From: Actinomycetota bacterium
GTDB taxonomy: Bacteria > Actinomycetota > UBA4738 > HRBIN12
Assembly: GCA_035288045.1 (NCBI GenBank)
Contig: DATEBA010000012.1
Span: 15,979 to 79,978, forward strand
Direction: 5' to 3'
Length of the DNA: 64,000 bases
Position numbers and translations under genes: made by a program. Each line of letters starts with the position of its first letter. The stretch's first letter is position 1. The notes beneath the pieces were generated by a model. That model saw only the letters and a program-made list of their open reading frames with translations. It was not told the origin of the DNA and did not search any database. Positions 57,545 to 64,000 of the stretch are shown here, piece by piece.

Positions 57545-58015
57545 GTGCTAGGGACCGAGATGGACGTGGTTAAGCGTGCAGGAATCGCTCTTGTGCTCTC
57601 GGGCTCCATCGCGTTCGTCGGTACCCTCGTCGGTGCAGCGGCTCCGGGAGGCGTCTCGCCCGGCGCCTATCCGAAAGTCGCTGTCGATCAGGAGACCGGC
57701 CTGGTCACTCCGGCCGAAGTTGGGGAGGTAGAGCCTTGCCCAGAGAACGGCCTCGTGCCGGCCGGTAGCACCTGCCAGCTTCTCGCGATTGGTAACGGGG
57801 AATACAGCTGGCACGTCCTTGAAGCGGCCGAGGCGGCCCCTCCATGCGAACGAGCTACGGCCCCATCGGGGACAGATCCGTCAAGCTGCACAGTCCTCAG
57901 AGTCGAGCCGAGCAGCGTGGGTGATTCGGCGCTGCTGGCTTTCACAGCTTCGAACGGTGATGTGGTGCGGGTTTGGGTCTTCCCGGGGGGAAGACAAATC
58001 GTGTTTGACTCATGA
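57545..58015 (+). CDS. Secreted hypothetical protein (Cys-containing, 156 aa)
   Basis: Signal peptide (AGIALVLSGSIAFVGTLVGAAAP) preceded by a TTGACA -35-like hexamer. Stop overlaps the start of the next gene. Confidence 0.5.
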   Translation: MLGTEMDVVKRAGIALVLSGSIAFVGTLVGAAAPGGVSPGAYPKVAVDQETGLVTPAEVGEVEPCPENGLVPAGSTCQLLAIGNGEYSWHVLEAAEAAPPCERATAPSGTDPSSCTVLRVEPSSVGDSALLAFTASNGDVVRVWVFPGGRQIVFDS

Positions 58016-58587
58016 GGCCGATTCGAATACTGGTCGTCGGTCTGGCGTTGCTGATCGCCACGCCCGTCGCGCTGGCGACGCACACAGTCTCAAACTCATG
58101 CTTCGGCGAAAGCGTTGAGATTCAGGGAACAGACGGCAACGACTCGAACGTACGGGGAGATGGTTCAGCAAACGTGATAGCCATCGGGGCCGGGAGCGAC
58201 AACATCTACTCGCACGGTTCTGGGGATCGTGTCTGCGCCGACGACGACAACGATTACACCGAGGGCGGAAATGGTGCTGATCGTTTGGCAGGAAATGGCG
58301 GAAATGACGGGGTTCTGGGCGAAGACGTCGGCGACACGGAGGTTCAGGGGAATACGGGCACAGATGCTGTAGAGGGGAACGCGGGAAATGACGAGGCCCT
58401 TAGAGGCGGGGGCGGATCAGATAACGTCAATGGCGGGAACGGCGACGACACTCTCTACGATGGCTCAGGTGATGATCTGGTCGACGGCGGACCCGATATC
58501 GACACCTGGAAGCCCTGTCCCGACGGCATAAATGACACGGATGTCAACATCGAGAACTATTTCGTCGCCCAAGACGAGTTCTGTTGA
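58012..58587 (+). CDS. Secreted RTX-like calcium-binding repeat protein; paralog family member 3 (short form)
   Basis: Signal peptide, SCFGESVEIQGTDGND block, G-N/S-G-x-D repeats and C-terminal Cys residues. Confidence 0.65.
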   Translation: MRPIRILVVGLALLIATPVALATHTVSNSCFGESVEIQGTDGNDSNVRGDGSANVIAIGAGSDNIYSHGSGDRVCADDDNDYTEGGNGADRLAGNGGNDGVLGEDVGDTEVQGNTGTDAVEGNAGNDEALRGGGGSDNVNGGNGDDTLYDGSGDDLVDGGPDIDTWKPCPDGINDTDVNIENYFVAQDEFC

Positions 58588-58793
58588 TCCGAACTTCGGA
58601 CTTCGGGAGAGGTGGGGTTCTATTAGACCACCCTCGATTGTCGCTCCGCGTCGCGACGACGGACCAAGGCATTCCCGGCACCGACGGCTAGCCAGGGCGC
58701 CATTCGCCGTCTCGTCGGCGAGACTCAGCGCCTCCTCTCGGCGCCACGCTACGATGGCTCGCCGGTCGCCGCCAGCGCGAGTCCGACCGAGGC

Positions 58794-58907
58794 GATACTT
58801 CCTCGCTTCGCTCGCGCCCGAGGTGCATAATGTCCAAGGCGCACAGCGCATAGACCCGGATGCTTCACACGCAAGAGGTCGCAGGTTCAAGACCTGCCGC
58901 GCCCACA
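58794..58907 (+). repeat. att arm plus direct repeat 2 of the tRNA-Val(CAC) 3' half (58862..58907), uninterrupted version
   Basis: GTGCATAATGTCCAAGGCGCACAG|CGCATAGACCCGGATGCTTCACACGCAAGAGGTCGCAGGTTCAAGACCTGCCGCGCCCACA. It equals 53215..53238 joined to 54697..54757, with 2 mismatches. Confidence 0.85.
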
Positions 58908-59000
58908 AGGTGAGCCGGCCCCCCTGAAAACCTCGCAGAGATGCTTGGAACGCTAGGGCACGCGTGGCACGCTATGCGCCCCGATGCACGGAACCCCCCG

Positions 59001-59141
59001 ATGACGTTCGTGACCGCAACCGTCGGCCTCGCGTTCCTGGTGGGCGTGTTTGCCTGGGGAGCCGGGATCCACGTGGAGCTAAAGGAGCGCGTGGAGGCTC
59101 TTCGTCCCCGGAGTCCGTCGCGCGGCCTGAGCACGAGGTAG
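59001..59141 (+). CDS. Small single-TM protein (46 aa), tandem paralog 1
   Basis: MTFVTATVGLAFLVGVFAWGAGIHVELKERVEAL...; shares the LVxVFAWGxGI core with the next ORF. Confidence 0.35.
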   Translation: MTFVTATVGLAFLVGVFAWGAGIHVELKERVEALRPRSPSRGLSTR

Positions 59142-59238
59142 TCCTCCCGGGGGATCGGCGCGTCGGCCCGACGGGGCATCGGTGAAATGGCCCGTCGGCG
59201 TGATGGGAACTGCCCCGGCCGCGTGGCACCGTGTTGGC

Positions 59239-59367
59239 ATGCTTCCCGTGCTGCTTCTGATCGCCCTTGCCCTCCTCGTAGCGGTTTTCGCCTGGGGAGA
59301 GGGCATCGACGAGCAGGTCCGGGACCGGGCGCGAGCGCACCGCCGTGCGGCTCGTCGCGTCGCCTGA
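59239..59367 (+). CDS. Small single-TM protein (42 aa), tandem paralog 2
   Basis: MLPVLLLIALALLVAVFAWGEGIDEQVRDRARAHRRAARRVA. Confidence 0.35.
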   Translation: MLPVLLLIALALLVAVFAWGEGIDEQVRDRARAHRRAARRVA

Positions 59368-59415
59368 CGCCATCTCCTTGCCGGCCCAGCGGGCGTGCCC
59401 GGATATCATGCCGGC

Positions 59416-61335
59416 ATGCCGGAACTCACGTTCCCCGATGGTCGCCGGGTGACGCTCCCCGAAGGCGAGCCCACCGGCGCCGCGCTGGAACCCGGGGCGG
59501 TCGCCGCCCGTGTGGACGGACGCCTCGTGGACCTGTCGTTCGTGCCGGAGGCCGACGCGAAGGTGGAGCCGGTCGCGGCGGCGGAGCCCGACGGCCTGCA
59601 CGTCCTTCGCCACTCGGCGGCGCACGTGATGGCGCAGGCCGTCTGCGACGTGGTCCCCGGTGCACGCTACGCGATCGGGCCGCCGATCGAAGACGGGTTC
59701 TATTACGACTTTGACGTGCCGCGGGCGCTTGGCCCCGAGGACCTGCCCCGGATCGAGGCCCGCATGGCCGAGATCGTCGCGGCCGACCAGCCGTTCGTTC
59801 GCGAGGAGCTCTCCCGCGACGAGGCGCTCGCCCGCTTCGCGGACCAGCCGTACAAGCGAGAGATCATCGAGGGTCTGGACGAAGCCGAGGGCGCCGGCGC
59901 CGAGCGCATGTCGGTGTACCGCAACGGCGGATGGGCCGACCTCTGCGAGGGGCCGCACGTCCCGTCGACCGGCCGCGTCGGCGCCTTCAAGCTCCTGTCG
60001 CTCGCCGGCGCGTACTGGCGGGGCGACGAGGCGCGCCCGATGCTCCAGCGGATCTACGGCACGGCCTGGGCGTCGGAGGAGGACCTGGAGGCATACCTGC
60101 ACCGGGTGGAGGAGGCGGAGCGGCGCGACCACCGGAAGCTCGGGCGCCAGCTCGATCTGTTCTCGTTCCCCGAGGAGCTCGGGCCCGGCCTCGCGGTGTG
60201 GCACCCGCGCGGCGGGATCTTCCGCAAGCAGCTGGAGGACTTCGTGCGCGAGATCCACCTCGAGCGCGGGTACGAGATCGTGGCGACGCCCCACCTCGCG
60301 CGGCGCGTCCTGTGGGACACCTCCGGGCACACGGAGAAGTACATCGAGAACATGTACCCGGAGATGACGCGGGACGACGCATCGTACTTCGTGAAGCCGA
60401 TGAACTGCCCCTTCCACGTCCTCATCTACCGGGCGCAGACGCGCTCGTACCGGGACCTGCCGATGCGCCTGTCGGAGCTCGGGACCGTCTACCGCTACGA
60501 GAGGGCGGGAGTGCTCCACGGCCTGCTCAGGCTCCGGGGGCTCACCCAGGACGACTCGCACATCATCTGCCGCGAGGACCAGCTAGTGGACGAGATCCTG
60601 GGGGTGTTCGATCTCGCGCTCGCGATCCACCGCACGTTCGGATTCGAGGACCCGGTCGTCACGCTGTCGACGCGACCCGGGCAGGCGATCGGCGACGAGC
60701 GGATGTGGTCCAGGGCCATAGAGGCGCTGCGGATGGCTCTCGACCGCAGTGGCCTGGGCTACACGGTGGCTGAAGGGGAGGGCGCGTTCTACGGCCCTAA
60801 GGTCGACTTCCACTTCCACGACGCGATCGGGCGCCTGTGGCAGCTCGGGACGGTCCAGTGCGACTTCGCGCTGCCCGAGCGGTTCGAGATGGAGTACATG
60901 GGGGAGGACAACCGCCGGCACCGTCCGGTGATGGTCCACCGCGCGATCCTCGGGTCGATCGAGCGCTTCAGCGGCGTTCTGATCGAGCACTATGCCGGCG
61001 CGTTCCCGCTGTGGCTCGCGCCGGAGCAGGTCCGCGTTGCGCCGGTGGCCGACCGGCACGTCAAGCACGCGCGCATGCTCGGCGACCGGCTTCGTGCCGC
61101 GGGGCTCCGTCCGTTGGTTGACGACTCGAAGGAGACCGTGGGCAAGAAGGTGCGGGCGGCTCAGCTGCTCAAGGTTCCCTACACCCTGGTCGTCGGCGAC
61201 AGGGAGATCGAGTCGGGCGCGCTCACCGTCCGCGACCGCGAGGGGAACGAGACGAAGGGCATCGGGTTCGACGCGTTCGTTCGTTCGCTGGCCGACGAGG
61301 CCACCTCCCGCTCCCTGGAACCTTCGCGGTTCTGA
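59416..61335 (+). CDS. thrS: Threonine--tRNA ligase
   Basis: TGS domain N-terminus (MPELTFPDGRRVTLPEG), class II aaRS motifs and a C-terminal anticodon-binding domain. The ATG at 59416 is preferred over the track's 59395. Confidence 0.9.
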   Translation: MPELTFPDGRRVTLPEGEPTGAALEPGAVAARVDGRLVDLSFVPEADAKVEPVAAAEPDGLHVLRHSAAHVMAQAVCDVVPGARYAIGPPIEDGFYYDFDVPRALGPEDLPRIEARMAEIVAADQPFVREELSRDEALARFADQPYKREIIEGLDEAEGAGAERMSVYRNGGWADLCEGPHVPSTGRVGAFKLLSLAGAYWRGDEARPMLQRIYGTAWASEEDLEAYLHRVEEAERRDHRKLGRQLDLFSFPEELGPGLAVWHPRGGIFRKQLEDFVREIHLERGYEIVATPHLARRVLWDTSGHTEKYIENMYPEMTRDDASYFVKPMNCPFHVLIYRAQTRSYRDLPMRLSELGTVYRYERAGVLHGLLRLRGLTQDDSHIICREDQLVDEILGVFDLALAIHRTFGFEDPVVTLSTRPGQAIGDERMWSRAIEALRMALDRSGLGYTVAEGEGAFYGPKVDFHFHDAIGRLWQLGTVQCDFALPERFEMEYMGEDNRRHRPVMVHRAILGSIERFSGVLIEHYAGAFPLWLAPEQVRVAPVADRHVKHARMLGDRLRAAGLRPLVDDSKETVGKKVRAAQLLKVPYTLVVGDREIESGALTVRDREGNETKGIGFDAFVRSLADEATSRSLEPSRF

Positions 61336-61820
61336 TGGAACGGCTCTGGACTCCCTGGCGGATGGAGTACATCCGGACGGCCGGGGAGCAGGAGGGATGC
61401 ATCTTCTGCGAGCTGCCGGCCGAGGGCGACGACGACAGGACCCACGTCCTGACGAGGAGCCAGAGGGGGTTCGTTATCCTCAACGCGTTCCCCTACAACC
61501 CCGGGCATCTCATGGTCGCGCCGTTCCGCCACACGGGTGATCCCGAGGGGCTCGACGCCGCCGAGCTGGTCGACCTGGGCAGGCTGATCCAGGCCGCCGT
61601 CCGGGCTCTGCGCGAGGAGATGGCCCCTCACGGCTTCAACGTGGGCATGAACCTCGGGCAGGTCGCCGGCGCCGGCATCCCGGATCATCTGCATTGGCAC
61701 GTCGTTCCGCGGTGGAACGGCGACAGCAACTTCATGCCCGTCGTGGGGCAGACCAAGGTGCTGCCGGAGCTGCTCGACGAGACCTACCGGCGCCTGGCGC
61801 CTCGTTTCCGGGAGTCTTGA
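61335..61820 (+). CDS. HIT-family protein (Ap4A phosphorylase / GalT-like branch)
   Basis: HLHWHVVPR histidine triad. The thrS-adjacent position mirrors the mycobacterial Ap4A phosphorylase. Confidence 0.7.
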   Translation: MERLWTPWRMEYIRTAGEQEGCIFCELPAEGDDDRTHVLTRSQRGFVILNAFPYNPGHLMVAPFRHTGDPEGLDAAELVDLGRLIQAAVRALREEMAPHGFNVGMNLGQVAGAGIPDHLHWHVVPRWNGDSNFMPVVGQTKVLPELLDETYRRLAPRFRES

Positions 61821-61825
61821 CCGGA

Positions 61826-63913
61826 CTACTTCTTGGCCTCTTCCTTGGCCTTCTGCGCCTCGGCGATGACCTTGTCGGCTACGTGCGACGGAACCTCCTC
61901 GTAGTGGGAGAACCTCATCGTGAAGGCTCCGCGCCCACCGGTCATCGATCGCAGGTCGATCGCGTAACGGGCCACCTCGGCCTGTGGCACGAGCGCCTTG
62001 ATCCGCTGCTTGCCGGGGCCGGCCGACTCCATGCCGCCGATCTTCGCCCGCTTGGAGTTCAGGTCGCCCATGATGTCGCCGGTGTAGTCGTCGGGGACCA
62101 GGACCTCGATCTCGACGATCGGCTCGAGGAGGACGACGCCCGCCGCCTGTGCGGCCTCCTTGAGCGCCATGGAACCCGCGATCTGGAACGACATGTCCGA
62201 GGAGTCCACGGTGTGCGCCTTGCCGTCGAACAGCCTCACGCGCACGTCGACCATCGGGTAGCCGGACAGAGCGCCCTCGGTCATCGCCCTCACGATCCCC
62301 TTCTCCACCGAGGGGATGAACTGATTGGGGATGATGCCGCCCACGATCTTGTCGACGAACTCGAAGCCGCCGCCGCGGGGGAGGGGCTCGATCTCTATCG
62401 AGCAGACGCCGTACTGGCCGTGTCCGCCGGTCTGCTTCACGTAGCGGCCGGTCGCCTGAGCCTTGGTCCGGACCGTTTCCTTATACGGGATCCGCGCCGG
62501 GCGGGTGTTCACCTCGACTCCGAACTTGTTCTTCATCCGCTCGACCGTTACCTCGAGATGGGACTCGCCCATGCCGTACATCACGGTCTCGTGCGTCTCC
62601 TCCGACCGCTCGATCCGGAGGGTCGGATCCTCCTCGCGTAGCCGGGCGAGCGCGGTCGATAGCTTGTCCTCATCGCCCTTGGTCTTCGGCTCGATCGCGA
62701 AGGCCAGCAGCGGCTGCGGCATCTCTACGGCAGGGAGGGTCACCGGGTCATCCTTGGCGGAGAAGGTGTCTCCTGTGGTCGTTTGAGAGAGCTTTGCGAT
62801 CGCGCCGATGTCGCCGGCGGGTACCTCGGCGACCGTTTCGTGTTCCTTGCCGCGCAAGGTGAACAGCTGCCCCACCCGCTCCTCGGTCGCCTTCGTGGCG
62901 TTGTAGACAGGCGAGTCGGGGCGGACCTTGCCCGAGAAGACCCGGAAGATCGTGATGTGGCCGACGTAGGGGTCGGAGACGGTCTTGAAGACGAGCGCGG
63001 TGGTCGGCAGGGAAGGGTCGCAGGCCCGCTCCTTCTCCTCGCCCGACTTGGCCGTCACCTTGACCGGGGCCCGGTCCGCCGGCGAGGGGAACTCCTGAGC
63101 GATGAACGAGAGGAGGCGGTCGACGCCGATCGGCCGGGCGGCGGCGCCCACTAGGACGGGGGCGATGCGGGCGTCGGCGAACCCGGACTTCACGCCGTGG
63201 ATCACGTCGTCCTCGGAGAGCTCGCCCTGCTCGAGGTACTTCTCGATCAGCGCGTCGTCGGCCTCGGCGACGGCCTCCATCAGCTTCTCCCGGAGCGGCT
63301 CCGCCTTGCCGGCTATGTCGTCGGGCCAGGGGGCCTCCTCGGCGCGGGGACCGCCACCGTAGATGTGGGCCTTCTTCGTCAGCAGGTCGGCCACGCCCCT
63401 GAAGTCGTGCTCCTCCCCGATCGGGAGCTCGAGGGGCGCGACCTGGGTGCCGAAGGCCGATACGAGCTCGTCGAGCGTGCGTTCGAACGACGCGCGCTCG
63501 CGATCCATCTTGTTCACGAGGATCGCCCGTGGGAGACCTGCCTCGGCGGCGAGCTCCCAAGCGACCTCGGTCTGTACCTCGACGCCGTCGACGGCAGAGA
63601 CCACGAGGATCACGGCGTCCACTGCCCGGATCGCCGACCGGACGTCGCCCACGAAGTCGGCGTAGCCGGGAGAATCAAGGACGTTCAGCTTCACGCCCTC
63701 CCACTCGATCGGGGCCATCGCCAGCGAGACGCTTATGCCCTTGCGGATCTCCTCCGGGTCGTGGTCCGAGACCGTGTTGCCGTCCTCGACCCTGCCCATC
63801 CGGGTGATGGCGCCCGCAGCGAACAGCATCGCCTCCAGGAGCGTGGTCTTGCCGGCGCCGCCGTGTCCCACGAGCAAGACGTTCCGGATGTCGCGTGCGT
63901 CGTAGGTCTTCAA
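61826..63913 (-). CDS. Elongation factor G-family translational GTPase (EF-G paralog)
   Basis: G1 motif VGHGGAGKTT, the five-domain EF-G length (695 aa) and a location away from the rpsL-rpsG-fusA-tuf operon. Confidence 0.8.
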   Translation of the reverse strand: MKTYDARDIRNVLLVGHGGAGKTTLLEAMLFAAGAITRMGRVEDGNTVSDHDPEEIRKGISVSLAMAPIEWEGVKLNVLDSPGYADFVGDVRSAIRAVDAVILVVSAVDGVEVQTEVAWELAAEAGLPRAILVNKMDRERASFERTLDELVSAFGTQVAPLELPIGEEHDFRGVADLLTKKAHIYGGGPRAEEAPWPDDIAGKAEPLREKLMEAVAEADDALIEKYLEQGELSEDDVIHGVKSGFADARIAPVLVGAAARPIGVDRLLSFIAQEFPSPADRAPVKVTAKSGEEKERACDPSLPTTALVFKTVSDPYVGHITIFRVFSGKVRPDSPVYNATKATEERVGQLFTLRGKEHETVAEVPAGDIGAIAKLSQTTTGDTFSAKDDPVTLPAVEMPQPLLAFAIEPKTKGDEDKLSTALARLREEDPTLRIERSEETHETVMYGMGESHLEVTVERMKNKFGVEVNTRPARIPYKETVRTKAQATGRYVKQTGGHGQYGVCSIEIEPLPRGGGFEFVDKIVGGIIPNQFIPSVEKGIVRAMTEGALSGYPMVDVRVRLFDGKAHTVDSSDMSFQIAGSMALKEAAQAAGVVLLEPIVEIEVLVPDDYTGDIMGDLNSKRAKIGGMESAGPGKQRIKALVPQAEVARYAIDLRSMTGGRGAFTMRFSHYEEVPSHVADKVIAEAQKAKEEAKK

Positions 63914-64000
63914 AGGGCCTCCTCGTCGGGAACTCGGGGGATTCTATCGCCGTGGTTGCCGAGTCCCGGAGCCTATAGGTGACGGTGATACCCTGCAGCC

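Larger units (their letters stand above)
54758..58861 (+). mobile_element. Putative degraded integrated islet B (second tandem unit at tRNA-Val(CAC))
   Basis: Bounded by direct repeats 1 and 2. It begins with a decayed tyrosine integrase gene, carries Arg-rich/wHTH small genes and ends with two secreted-protein genes, including RTX-like paralog 3. Confidence 0.55.

Noticed and set aside
59395-59415. Track start 59395 for thrS
   Set aside because: In my reading of the printed sequence the codon at 59395 is not a start codon. The conserved TGS-domain N-terminus begins at the ATG at 59416.
1-64000. CRISPR arrays, rRNA genes, prophage structural modules, defence-system gene clusters
   Set aside because: No short regularly spaced repeats were found. 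Also absent are rRNA-like conserved stretches, capsid/terminase/portal genes and RM/Abi/CBASS-type gene combinations. The only direct repeats are the tRNA-half att repeats and the IS30 termini.

Overview
High-GC (about 70%) chromosomal window with actinobacterial-type synteny. The first ~44 kb is largely conserved housekeeping backbone: nrnA-truB-[two sulfatases]-ribF-capA-like-tauE-rpsO-pnp-M16 peptidase-dapB; dapA-rnj-ftsK; a heterodimeric ABC exporter pair; rodZ-like-cinA-thpR-recA-recX; rny-miaB-miaA-dapF-dapL-hflX; SIS gene and lexA on the minus strand divergent from a LysM gene, nrdR and class II RNR nrdJ; dut. The last ~20 kb is accessory. A tRNA-Gly/Cys/Val(GAC) cluster and a separate tRNA-Val(CAC) each carry two direct-repeat copies of the tRNA 3' half downstream. 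These repeats delimit four small, integrase-less or integrase-dead islets. Their cargo is almost entirely secreted repeat proteins: RTX-like Ca-binding paralogs, a delta-60-repeat protein, a beta-propeller protein and a catalytically dead trypsin-like protein. The islets also hold an intact IS30-family element and a decayed tyrosine integrase. A pair of surface proteins carries an apparently unrecognised C-terminal sorting-signal-like motif. Perfect LexA (Cheo-type) boxes sit upstream of recA and lexA, and NrdR-box-like inverted repeats upstream of nrdR and nrdJ. No CRISPR arrays or rRNA genes are present. All calls are from sequence reading and motif recognition only; no database searches were run.
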